Positions 19,901 through 28,118 of a stretch of 64,000 bases of DNA are shown here, one piece after another. Source of the stretch: a virus; IMG/VR virus record IMGVR_UViG_3300050821_004356, positions 1 through 64,000 of that record; one strand, given 5' to 3'. The translations under genes and the position numbers were made by a program. The notes beneath the pieces are model-generated. The model was not told the origin of the DNA and did no database searches. It saw nothing but the letters and a program-made list of their open reading frames with translations. Position 1 is the first letter of the stretch. Each line of letters begins with the position of its first letter.

Positions 19901-22900
19901 ACGGTACGAGCCCTCTCGGGCGGTATGGCAGAAGAGATTTACGGCGGCGTACCGTTTGAAGGAAATAAAACAACGCACGGTGATCTAGAAGGTATTAGGT
20001 CAATTTTGCGCGAGTACGGTGAGTTGTCAGACGGCGAAATAGAGCGTTTTATCGACATGCATAAGGCGCGCACGAAAAAGCTGTTGACAAGCCCGGGTAT
20101 GAGTGATATATTTAACAAGTATGCGGACAAGCGTATCGCTGGTCAAGATAACAGCCATCACCTTAACCCGGCACTAACAGCACAGATGACGGGAGAATTG
20201 GACGCACTCGGAGGTAAAAATGCAAGGCAAAGCAGTGGACAGGGCAACGAAGGAAATACTCGCGGCGCTCAAAAAGAGAACACCGGAACAGAAGGCGAAG
20301 GACGCGGTCGAGGTGCGAGCGATGTTCCAAAAACTCAGCAACGAGCCCAAGGCTTAGTTGAAAAGAGCACCGGCGACCACGATATCGATGCGGTAATTCG
20401 TAACGGCGGCGGCATTCCTGCGGGCATGCAAGATTTTGGCGAGTTTGGCAAAATCCATATGTTTCACGACCCCGAGACGGGATCAACATTAGGTTTCAAG
20501 CCTAGCGAAAAGATCACACCTCAAAACGTGGGCAAGAAGCTCGCGAAGAGTCGTGAAGATTTTGCTGCGGGCGAAAAGGCTAATGCTAAACGCGAAGAAG
20601 CTGAGAAGGTTTTGGCGACGAAACAAGCCGCTGAAAAAGAAAAGAAGCCTATGAATTTAGGCGAACCCGCTCAGGCTTACGACGAATCGAAATTTCCGTA
20701 TAGCCAACCAGTAAAAGTTACTTGGCCGGATGGTACTGTTCACGAGGACGAAGTTAAGGGGTTGAATTCGGGCCACGCCTTGGCTCGCGCTAAGTCGAAT
20801 TGGGAAGGCGCGAAAGTAGAACCAAACGGTCCAGGGACGAAGCGAACGGATATGCAAACAGAGCTCGCCAAAACTCGTGAACAGTCTCGTGCAGATCGCT
20901 CTCATGCGTTATCTGTTGACGTAGAAAAGGCGTTCAACACGAAACAAGCCGCTGAAAAAGAAGACAGCCCCGTTGTAAAAAGTCTTTTGGAAAAATACGG
21001 TGAAACTAAAGACCCGCTAGGTACCGGCTTTATTTTATCTGACGGCCGACGAGTTAACACAGGCGGCGCAGACCACGCAACAGCTGTTCGTGTTTCTACA
21101 CCGTTAGAGGAACGCAGTCCTAATAAAGATCGAGACTTAAATGATTTTATAAATCGCGAAAAGGTAGTTCGCACCAGATACCGAACAGGAAGAGGCGGCG
21201 ACGAAGTTGTTTTCTCAGTTCCTAAGGAAGGTTTAACAGAAGAACACATATCGCAGATGCGTCAAGCTGTGGGTAAAATGGGGCGTAACGGTAATGCCGT
21301 AATGGAGGTTGCCGAGCCAGATGGCGCGTCTACCCAGAAGGACTTTGTTCGCCCATCCGATATAGATTCGATGCTGCGCGAAATAGGCGCTCATCCGGAA
21401 CAAAAAGGCGATTTAGAATCGTACACGAAGCCGATGCCACTGCCCAAGGCTTTATTAGAGCACCCAGATTGGCAAGCATCGGGTATGACCGAAGCCGGTA
21501 TCCATCACCACGAATTAGCTCATGGAATTATCGGTAAGCTGGAGGGTTTTAATCAGAGGGGTATAATAAGCAACCGCCATCCGCTAGCAAAAAAAGGAGT
21601 TGGTAGAGGTACATCCATCATTGCTGCTGCATCTTTCGATCCACCTACTCAGGCTAGATCACTAGCTACTTTACCGTCATTTCTGGATAGAGCGATGGCT
21701 GGTGCCGCTGCAAACGAGGCGCTAGACAATGTGCCCAGAGATAAGAACCCGGGTCTAATAGGCGATATGGCCAATGCTCGTAGGGCCTTGAGCGCGGCGG
21801 GCTTTCCTGAGAGCGAGCACCAAGCGTTGATAGATCAATCAATTAATCGGATAAAAGAGAAGTTGACAAAGCCTGGGGTTGCTGATATAATAAGGGAAGC
21901 TGGTAGAACCAGAGAAGACAATCTTCCTGTGGAGTTTCATCACAGCGAGAATAAGGTTAACTATGTCACGGATAAAATTCGAGGGATACTAAATGGACAA
22001 CAAGATAATAACACGACAGGAATTAGCGGAACAAGAGATCAAGTTAATCGAGAGCCTATCGCCGGAAGAGAAGGCGAAGCTCCGAGAGCAAATCCGAGCA
22101 AGGCTGAAAAGCTAAAGCCATTCTCGCCGCCTAAGAACACGTACGAAGTGGAGATCACGGACCCACAAGGAAACGTACGCACAGAAAGCATACAGGCTTT
22201 GAATCACAAGGCTGCTTTTAAACAAGTGTTCGCTAAGGGTGAGGATGTTCGACAGGTCCATATCAAGAGCGAAACCAAACCGACCGTTGGTGAACCGTTT
22301 GAGACTAAACAAAAGTCTGCGGTAGCTGACGCGGCCGATGAATTCAACAAAGAAAAAGGCCGCGACGAGATTGTCCCAGGCACTTCGCACAATCCCGAAT
22401 TGGCAAAGCGCATAGCCGACGCGTACGATAAGATGCCGCACAGTCCCAATGATCCTGCGGTTGAGAAGTCCTACGATTCGTTGAAGAAGGATATTGACGA
22501 CCAGTGGGATTACGCCAAGGACAAGATGGGCATCAAGTTCGAACCTTGGAAGAAAGACGGCCAGCCGTACGCTAACTCGAAAGAGATGGTCGCCGACGTA
22601 AAGAACAATAAGCATTTGTACTTCTTTCAAGGCGGCGAATTACCTGAAGATCACCCGTTGACCGAGCAAGCAGGCGAAGGTTTGTCGTACAACGATAAGT
22701 TGCGCGCGGTCCACGATTTATTCGGACACGCTGCGCACGAGTATCAGTTCGGGCCTAAGGGCGAAGAGAACGCTTGGAACGTCCACCGCCAAATGTTCTC
22801 GCCCGCGTCTATCCCGGCCGTAACCACTGAAACGCGCGGTCAGAACTCTTGGGTTAACTACGGACAACACTTGCGCGTACCCTTTAAAGAAGGTCAAACA

Positions 22901-25393
22901 GTTCCACCAGAGCGTACCACCGGCAACGCAGCCACTGATGCTGCGATCAAACAAGGTGGCGCTATCCCAGGTGGGTTTGAAAAGGGCGACGCAGATGCCA
23001 AGGTCCCGGATATGGCGCACTTCCACGATCCGACAACGGGCTCTACCTTAGTTTTGTCGGCAGACCAACTCACGCCGGAAGCGGTTAAGCAAGAGTTAGC
23101 AAAGTCTCGGCAAACGTATTTGAAGGCCAAGCCGGAAGAGAGCCGCATACCAGAAAGGGGTCAACCTGGCTATATTCCTCCAACCGAGCGCCCGTACGCC
23201 CAAAATAAGGCAGGTTTACTGCCGGAAGAGTTCCACGTCCCCAACAATTTGAATATTGACTTGGATAAACATCCTGCTGGCGGCATCGATCCTCGCACTG
23301 GTAGCATGGAAAGCAAGCGGTACGGCTTAGAGATTCACCCCGAGGATCGAATGGTTCTCGACCACAAGCCAACTGCACAAGACTTCCAACGATACGCCAA
23401 CGAACACGCGGACGTTTTGAAGCAACATCCAGATATGAAACTCGGATGGGACACGCTTGGGGATAAGCCCGAGCTCAACATCGGCGTTTCAACCGACGAC
23501 TTGGATGCTGCGAAGAAAGTCGGGGCTAAATTAGACCAGCGCGCGATTTGGGACACCAAGGAACAAAAGGAAATACCAACTGGTGGGAAGAATACACAAC
23601 GCGAGTTCCCAGACTATTCGCTAAAGTCTCGGTTGGATGATTTGAGCACGAAGCAATCTGCAGGAAGTTGGCAGCCACCCGCCGATCTTGAAAAAGGAAT
23701 TCCCAAGGATGAGGCAGTAGAAACTCAAATACCGTTAACTAAGATTTCTGTAGGCGAAAGAGCATACAATCAAGCTACGTCTAACTACTTTAGAAAACGA
23801 GGCAGTAAAACTGAAGGGCCTATTAGCCTCGTCTATAATCCAGATAACGGGCAGTATTTAGTTGAAGACGGGATGCATCGGTTGGTACAAGCGCATCAAG
23901 AAGGTAAGACGAATATTCCTGCGAAGATTTGGTCGGGACATTCTGATATAGCGAATGTTCTTCCTGAACAAAAAATGGATTTGTCTCCTATCGAGAACGA
24001 AGATGAAGATAATTTATCCACGAAACAAAAATCAGACGAGGACTTCGAATTCGGCCATAACGTAGCCGATACTGCGGATCAACAAAAGGGAATCATCTCG
24101 ACGGCGGTTCCAGGCGGTAAGAACGCGATAGCCGATCCACACACTGAGAATGTCCACGTTGGAATGCAATCTTTGACGCCTGAAACTAAGGAAAAGATCG
24201 CTGATAAGATTCGCAAAATGCCTGGGATGAGAACTCCCGAGAATATTACGGACCCCGACAAGGTCATCGGCCGGTACATCAACCAGTTTAAAGAGAACTT
24301 GAAGGACCTTTACAACCAGGTGCCTAAAGAAACTCGCGATGCTACCGCAAAGTGGTACGAAAGCGCCAACAGTATTGCTGACAAGTTTGCTTCCAAGTAT
24401 GGTAAGAGTACGAAGCAAGGTGCCGGTGTGTTGGCTGCGATGTCTCCTCAGAAAGATTGGAACATGAACGTCGGGCTGGCCGAACGCTTGACCGACATTT
24501 ACCACACCAAAAATAACGAACCGTTGTCACCAGAGGCTCGCGTCAAGGCTCGTGAGATAGGATTAGGCGGTATGGTGGCTGCTATCGGTGATAAGACGCT
24601 TAGTCAACTTACCGAACCGTTGGAGAAGGCCGCTTTTATTCGCATTTACGACGAGGCACACAACGACCGTTCGTTTCAAAACGTTGATCCAGCAACCGGC
24701 GAATACACGAACGTTATGAAAAACAACGACGGTTCTAACTCGAAAATCGCTTGGGGCGCTTTGAACGAAATTGCGAAGGCCGTAAACATCCTCGACGACG
24801 GTAGCCGTGAGAACATCAGCCGTAACCTAGGTGGATCGCACAAGGTTCGCAACTTTTATAACAACATTATCGATCCGAATAACCCAGGCGGGCACGTTAC
24901 TATCGATACGCACGCCGTCGCTGCGGGTCACCAGCGTCCATTGAGTGGCAAAGACCCCGAGGTATTAGATAACTTCGAACGGTTGAGCGCCCTTAAGACT
25001 GGTTTGAAGGGCACGTACGCCGTGAACGCCGAGGCTTACCGTCAGGCAGCCAAGGAATTAGGTTTGCAGCCACGCCAGCTTCAATCAATCGTGTGGGAGC
25101 AAGTTCGTAAAGACTTCCCGATGGAACTAAAGTCTAACGAAACCCATAAGGCCGCCATCGACGATATCTGGAGCCAATACAAGAATGGCAAAATTACCCA
25201 AAAGGAAGCCCAGGGACAAGTCCGCGATTATGCGAAAACAGCCCGAGAGCAAATAGAAGCTAACGCAGAGAAGCCGTCTACACAGCAAGATTTTGGATTC
25301 CCTATTTTGCCTAGCAAATTCGTGAACTTTAAGAGCAAAGTCGGGCAGGAACCGGCGCTAGAATCAGGGCTTGACAAACTCGGCGGAAAGTGA
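16925..25393 (+). CDS. Giant ejection/polyvalent protein (2822 aa): two M41/FtsH-like Zn-peptidase domains, HDxxGH metal-binding domain, ParB-like domain, C-terminal HhH-glycosylase-like domain
   Basis: HEAGH(19670)...GGMAEE...GD; HELAH(21509)...AGAAANE...GD; RAVHDLFGH(22712)...ETRGQN; PISL...YLVEDGMHR(~23860); WYE...SPQKDW..N...KVRNFYNN...VTIDTHA...QLQSIVW. Confidence 0.8.
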   Translation: MPDPQETQQQDIGATGPATDLSTKDFPAGTTGVDDGVAHDVSGKPLGQAGAPAQKIDYLAEAAKMGGTPVPSKIDYLAEAAKMGGTPVPPETKQKSAPEQSHDLLTRALSWVMTKPPQDSSLASVAAQAKDNTSLAQAKNVSDYIYNNILGKDTYQHNNISYDEKPTTAWGNVKQRMWGWLTQDEVNKIPGLEPDRVQMLNEQGKDILGSIFGKEKADQLREHILNGSWVVNQQPEVFARAAAKSVTDFFSPGYYALGAFGRVAQGYQKAGQVAAAAQDWTKAASAMGKARLLGLIGSMGVNVPFAASQAHDLVENWDKMNVPERVAAVSGIVGASINAHIGINAAGGYKKVASDAATATGQAASVATQATKKAVGSMTSLGKAQDFNTAVERASDITKAGFADHRAKIQNVSPDLQAILNANPTVNSPQKFAKAIDDHIQSGEQALLAASGATQHDIAPVVSNLETRLDDHLDKFFSDNRGKFGTQDEVDAAKEDIKNRIMQQAGKNPDGSSILRAPNLFESENIRQGLNIDAAPQYRTDAKPTTNAYKAGAFEAAKVMREVIDEAYGNRGIDNVKERRQKEANLIDVRDRLAMAQQKAETMGNGGLWDALIKRFSVPTVITAIALGHNPLALGALAPYLAGDRVYQNVKNPNINVERAKKLAAPNASATELSFRPPTPSGQPPALGTPPAPGTPSTGGPVVPSPAPVAPPVAPVLPSHPSQDNPHPQAAPEPLPAPHVLADQAAAVAPATMEEPATNHALNAELATHFGEPLTHATLDDRVEHVKNDVEAMRKTGVALTPVQTKVLGAINEHEAAHTEAIEQTQKKSREDAYKVAEELHKMLAQEAAEEKKQKVEEAKKAKAAEPQEGLKNKQAAAASVLDHTEPEAKPIEYTDEEIPVPQQYKYVKPRNTRIHEAGHIVGSHAAGMAPLDIISHLHPEGDPDALAEARSSLDSLKYTDDQIKLGKDTLGFAIQRGQIDPAKVKAKLSELTVRALSGGMAEEIYGGVPFEGNKTTHGDLEGIRSILREYGELSDGEIERFIDMHKARTKKLLTSPGMSDIFNKYADKRIAGQDNSHHLNPALTAQMTGELDALGGKNARQSSGQGNEGNTRGAQKENTGTEGEGRGRGASDVPKTQQRAQGLVEKSTGDHDIDAVIRNGGGIPAGMQDFGEFGKIHMFHDPETGSTLGFKPSEKITPQNVGKKLAKSREDFAAGEKANAKREEAEKVLATKQAAEKEKKPMNLGEPAQAYDESKFPYSQPVKVTWPDGTVHEDEVKGLNSGHALARAKSNWEGAKVEPNGPGTKRTDMQTELAKTREQSRADRSHALSVDVEKAFNTKQAAEKEDSPVVKSLLEKYGETKDPLGTGFILSDGRRVNTGGADHATAVRVSTPLEERSPNKDRDLNDFINREKVVRTRYRTGRGGDEVVFSVPKEGLTEEHISQMRQAVGKMGRNGNAVMEVAEPDGASTQKDFVRPSDIDSMLREIGAHPEQKGDLESYTKPMPLPKALLEHPDWQASGMTEAGIHHHELAHGIIGKLEGFNQRGIISNRHPLAKKGVGRGTSIIAAASFDPPTQARSLATLPSFLDRAMAGAAANEALDNVPRDKNPGLIGDMANARRALSAAGFPESEHQALIDQSINRIKEKLTKPGVADIIREAGRTREDNLPVEFHHSENKVNYVTDKIRGILNGQQDNNTTGISGTRDQVNREPIAGREGEAPRANPSKAEKLKPFSPPKNTYEVEITDPQGNVRTESIQALNHKAAFKQVFAKGEDVRQVHIKSETKPTVGEPFETKQKSAVADAADEFNKEKGRDEIVPGTSHNPELAKRIADAYDKMPHSPNDPAVEKSYDSLKKDIDDQWDYAKDKMGIKFEPWKKDGQPYANSKEMVADVKNNKHLYFFQGGELPEDHPLTEQAGEGLSYNDKLRAVHDLFGHAAHEYQFGPKGEENAWNVHRQMFSPASIPAVTTETRGQNSWVNYGQHLRVPFKEGQTVPPERTTGNAATDAAIKQGGAIPGGFEKGDADAKVPDMAHFHDPTTGSTLVLSADQLTPEAVKQELAKSRQTYLKAKPEESRIPERGQPGYIPPTERPYAQNKAGLLPEEFHVPNNLNIDLDKHPAGGIDPRTGSMESKRYGLEIHPEDRMVLDHKPTAQDFQRYANEHADVLKQHPDMKLGWDTLGDKPELNIGVSTDDLDAAKKVGAKLDQRAIWDTKEQKEIPTGGKNTQREFPDYSLKSRLDDLSTKQSAGSWQPPADLEKGIPKDEAVETQIPLTKISVGERAYNQATSNYFRKRGSKTEGPISLVYNPDNGQYLVEDGMHRLVQAHQEGKTNIPAKIWSGHSDIANVLPEQKMDLSPIENEDEDNLSTKQKSDEDFEFGHNVADTADQQKGIISTAVPGGKNAIADPHTENVHVGMQSLTPETKEKIADKIRKMPGMRTPENITDPDKVIGRYINQFKENLKDLYNQVPKETRDATAKWYESANSIADKFASKYGKSTKQGAGVLAAMSPQKDWNMNVGLAERLTDIYHTKNNEPLSPEARVKAREIGLGGMVAAIGDKTLSQLTEPLEKAAFIRIYDEAHNDRSFQNVDPATGEYTNVMKNNDGSNSKIAWGALNEIAKAVNILDDGSRENISRNLGGSHKVRNFYNNIIDPNNPGGHVTIDTHAVAAGHQRPLSGKDPEVLDNFERLSALKTGLKGTYAVNAEAYRQAAKELGLQPRQLQSIVWEQVRKDFPMELKSNETHKAAIDDIWSQYKNGKITQKEAQGQVRDYAKTAREQIEANAEKPSTQQDFGFPILPSKFVNFKSKVGQEPALESGLDKLGGK
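17087..17192 (+). repeat. Tandem coding repeat KIDYLAEAAKMGGTPVP x2
   Basis: Identical 17-aa unit twice, with synonymous nucleotide differences. Confidence 0.85.
20220..20357 (+). CDS. Nested +1-frame small gene after peptidase domain 1 (MQGKAVDRATKEILAALKKRTPEQKAKDAVEVRAMFQKLSNEPKA, 45 aa); putative cognate inhibitor
   Basis: Strong SD GGAGGT(20210-20215) then AAAA-ATG; amphipathic helical peptide; resembles the nested ORF at 21993. Confidence 0.7.
   Translation: MQGKAVDRATKEILAALKKRTPEQKAKDAVEVRAMFQKLSNEPKA
20618..20962 (+). repeat. 24-nt identical direct repeat ACGAAACAAGCCGCTGAAAAAGAA (20618-20641; 20939-20962) encoding TKQAAEKE
   Basis: Direct sequence comparison. Confidence 0.85.
21993..22115 (+). 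CDS. Nested +1-frame small gene after peptidase domain 2 (MDNKIITRQELAEQEIKLIESLSPEEKAKLREQIRARLKS, 40 aa); putative cognate inhibitor
   Basis: SD GAGGGA(21981-21986), 6 nt before ATG; SPEEKAK aligns with TPEQKAK of the first nested ORF. Confidence 0.7.
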   Translation: MDNKIITRQELAEQEIKLIESLSPEEKAKLREQIRARLKS

Positions 25394-25414
25394 TAGTCTA
25401 AGGGGATGAGGATT

Positions 25415-25582
25415 ATGGATTACGTTTTAGACTGGTTAAAGGAAAACAACGTCCCGGCGACGCGCCGGAATTATGTCGGTTTGAATTGGCCGGGAGCAGA
25501 CTACGATAAACCTCTGCCCGCAGAACTAGAGGCGGAAATACCCGAGGAACTGCAGCATCCAGATTTTAAAGAAGTAAAATAA
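25415..25582 (+). CDS. Small acidic protein (55 aa) directly after the giant gene; possible partner/immunity for its C-terminal domain
   Basis: MDYVLDWLKENNVPATRRNYVGLNWPGADYDKPLPAELEAEIPEELQHPDFKEVK; SD AAGGGG; below the ORF-track cutoff. Confidence 0.65.
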   Translation: MDYVLDWLKENNVPATRRNYVGLNWPGADYDKPLPAELEAEIPEELQHPDFKEVK

Positions 25583-25602
25583 AACAATAGAGGAGACACA
25601 CA

Positions 25603-25869
25603 ATGGCACACGGATTGGGAAGTGGAGACAAGTTGGCAAGGGGCGCGGTATCTGCCACGTATTTGACGACTGAGAAGAAGATTTCGGATGCTAAGTGGGA
25701 TGCGATGTTTGAGGGTTTCGATCCCGATGCATTCCAAAAGAAGGAAAACGTTAGTCGAGTTAAGGTAGAGGGTGCCGTTAATGTTAGACCGACAAGACGA
25801 GTCTGTGGTAGTGATGCCGGTGGCCGAAAGGCCCGAGTTTTGTGCATTGGCCTTGGAATGCCTGGGTAA
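25603..25869 (+). CDS. Hypothetical protein
   Basis: SD GAGGAG; 3' end overlaps the next gene. Confidence 0.55.
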   Translation: MAHGLGSGDKLARGAVSATYLTTEKKISDAKWDAMFEGFDPDAFQKKENVSRVKVEGAVNVRPTRRVCGSDAGGRKARVLCIGLGMPG

Positions 25870-26605
25870 GGCCCACTTCCAAGTGCCGATCCACGTCTTC
25901 GTTGACGACGTCAGTCAAAAACTAAAAGATGAATTTAGCTACGTCTTCGCCAATCACGCGCCGCCTTGGGCTCATTTGCACTACCAGCCTCGGCACGTTC
26001 AAGCAACGTCCGGTTGTTGGAACATTTTGGACGTAATTCGGCAAGGTCGTGAGACCTTTAAGGCCGAATACATCTTTATGATTGAGGAAGACGTCCTCGT
26101 TCGGCCGAATATCTTTGAGTATCACTGGGACGCTTTGCAAGATGGCTCGGTCGCTTCCTGCGGACGCAAGTACATGCCCTTTTGGGACCGGTGCCCGGGC
26201 ATGTACACAAATCCGGCTTCTTGTTTGACCGGCAAGCTGGTCGACGCAATCATTCCGCACATCAATAAAGACTTTTTCGCCAACACCGGCGGGTATATGG
26301 AGGAAGTAATAGGTCACGTCGAAGGGATTCACGGGTTGGATGACGGTCTAATTCGACGTGTTTTATGGAAGAACGGCTGGAAGGCGAAGCATCAAGATGA
26401 GCCAGCTTGCTCGCACGTTGGATTTATGGCTTACGAGAACAGCTACGACTTTTGCCGAGTAGATCGCAACGCCCACATCGCTGACCGAATCGCGAACTTG
26501 CGACGTTTATTCCTAACGCTAGACCCGATCAACGGCCCTCACGCTAAGTACATCAAGGATTTGGAACCGTTGTCGGCCGAGCAGCTTACCAACCTAAGAA
26601 TTTAA
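25781..26605 (+). CDS. GT-A fold glycosyltransferase (GT2-like)
   Basis: VVVMPVAERPE, HVFVDD, IFMIEEDVLV (ExD metal motif), DG...HVG. Confidence 0.7.
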   Translation: MLDRQDESVVVMPVAERPEFCALALECLGKAHFQVPIHVFVDDVSQKLKDEFSYVFANHAPPWAHLHYQPRHVQATSGCWNILDVIRQGRETFKAEYIFMIEEDVLVRPNIFEYHWDALQDGSVASCGRKYMPFWDRCPGMYTNPASCLTGKLVDAIIPHINKDFFANTGGYMEEVIGHVEGIHGLDDGLIRRVLWKNGWKAKHQDEPACSHVGFMAYENSYDFCRVDRNAHIADRIANLRRLFLTLDPINGPHAKYIKDLEPLSAEQLTNLRI

Positions 26606-26834
26606 ATACACAGCTAGGCCAGGTATATGGTTGTATCGGTCGGACACTAAAATTAAAACTCAACCAGCCTTCAATTGCTTCAGCCAGAATTTCTTCAGCT
26701 TCTTTTTCAGTCGCCCCTATAATCTCAGGCTCCGATACGTACTCTCCATAGCGATTGACTCGTACCCAACCCTTTAATCCCCATACAAATTTGTGCTTCG
26801 GTTTAAGCCAACGGACGTATCTTCCCGTGATCAT
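26586..26834 (-). CDS. Hypothetical protein
   Basis: Coupled ORF in the minus-strand string. Confidence 0.55.
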   Translation of the reverse strand: MITGRYVRWLKPKHKFVWGLKGWVRVNRYGEYVSEPEIIGATEKEAEEILAEAIEGWLSFNFSVRPIQPYTWPSCVFKFLGW

Positions 26835-27190
26835 TTAACCCTCGTAACAACGGAGCCGTCTCGTAGAGTTATCTCATCGCCGCAAATACTCTTGACATTG
26901 GTAGTAACAAACTCTGTACCGTCCGCGCGTATGACGCGAATCTTAGGACCTTCCCACTTGGGTAGGTCAACTTCTTCAGGTTTACCGACCTTACCTACAA
27001 CCCACCACTCAAATCCATCCTTGTAAAGAACCATCAAATGCTCGCTGCTCATAGCAAATTCAGCATCAAGACGGTCAACTCTGCGTACGTCATCTAAGTC
27101 CAATAAATCTGCCGTGGTCTCAAATTCAAAAACGGTCGGTACGTAATCTGGATCGTGGAAACTCGTTTTAGGGTACCAAAATGTGTTCAT
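26831..27190 (-). CDS. Hypothetical protein
   Basis: Coupled ORF, 119 aa. Confidence 0.6.
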   Translation of the reverse strand: MNTFWYPKTSFHDPDYVPTVFEFETTADLLDLDDVRRVDRLDAEFAMSSEHLMVLYKDGFEWWVVGKVGKPEEVDLPKWEGPKIRVIRADGTEFVTTNVKSICGDEITLRDGSVVTRVK

Positions 27191-27191
27191 G

Positions 27192-27503
27192 TTACGTGTA
27201 ATACCCCCACCCGTAGTCGCCGTAATGAAATCCTAGTTCCGACAGCGCGAGACCGTCAGGAGAGTCTTCCTTAGGAGAACATTTTTCGTCTTCCAATGGC
27301 CCGTTCAACCTTTCTGTGTGAATGTAAATAACGTCATGCTCGGCAGCGAGAAAAAATTTTGTATTTTCAGCTTCTTTCATATACGGAGCCAGCAGGTAAA
27401 GTCCTTTAATAAACCCAAATACAGACTTAGCGAGCGGGTCTTTCATGTACCGCTTGTCCGCTTCTGTTTCCACTTCCTCGATCTCGTCTTCTTCAAAACT
27501 CAT
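27192..27503 (-). CDS. Hypothetical protein
   Basis: Start MSFEEDE after SD GGAGGGG. Confidence 0.6.
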   Translation of the reverse strand: MSFEEDEIEEVETEADKRYMKDPLAKSVFGFIKGLYLLAPYMKEAENTKFFLAAEHDVIYIHTERLNGPLEDEKCSPKEDSPDGLALSELGFHYGDYGWGYYT

Positions 27504-27761
27504 TGATCCCCTCCCGCCATCGGGCACAATCCCTTATCGAAACAACGTTGCTGGCAACCCTTGTCGTGTGTTTGAAAGCACTGGCCGTGGCACTGGCGGC
27601 TCATGTAGAACAGCACACCCGCGTAAATAAGAATCACCAGCCACGTCGCCATAAATCCTAAAAATACTGACCTCATCGTCGTGCCTCCCTTGCTTCTTGT
27701 AACTTATCCCATGCCCACTGTTTCCCAGTGAGGATGAAAATCCATTTGTAAATGTAGAACA

Positions 27762-28118
27762 TCAGCTGTGCCCGGTTGCGTCGGGAATTGATGTGGTCTT
27801 CCCGTGCCAGCTATCTTGGCACGCTTGATTACAGTATATGCCTCGTAAAGCTGGCGCGTTTGACCCGCACGTTGCGCACTGCACCGGAAACATCCGAGTA
27901 TGAGTATGCCAGTCGATCACGCCCTGAGTATAATCACAGGGGTGTTCGCATATATTACACGACACCGACTTCTCGATTGGCTTCGGCGCGAGAATGTATT
28001 CAAGGTCATCGGCGCAAGAGTTGTAAACAGCCTCGTTCGCGGCCGTGGAAGACGCTACGCGGGTGCGCCACTTCTTCACCAGCCAAACCAGTTGTTCACG
28101 CAAACTTTGGTCGCTCAT
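27762..28118 (-). CDS. Hypothetical Cys/His-rich (Zn-binding) protein
   Basis: CNIC, CATC, C...C...WH motifs. Confidence 0.55.
   Translation of the reverse strand: MSDQSLREQLVWLVKKWRTRVASSTAANEAVYNSCADDLEYILAPKPIEKSVSCNICEHPCDYTQGVIDWHTHTRMFPVQCATCGSNAPALRGIYCNQACQDSWHGKTTSIPDATGHS

Noticed and set aside
24003-24065. Third nested +1 ORF after the ParB-like domain (MKIIYPRN...)
   Set aside because: Only 20 codons, no convincing SD, and no similarity to the other nested peptides.
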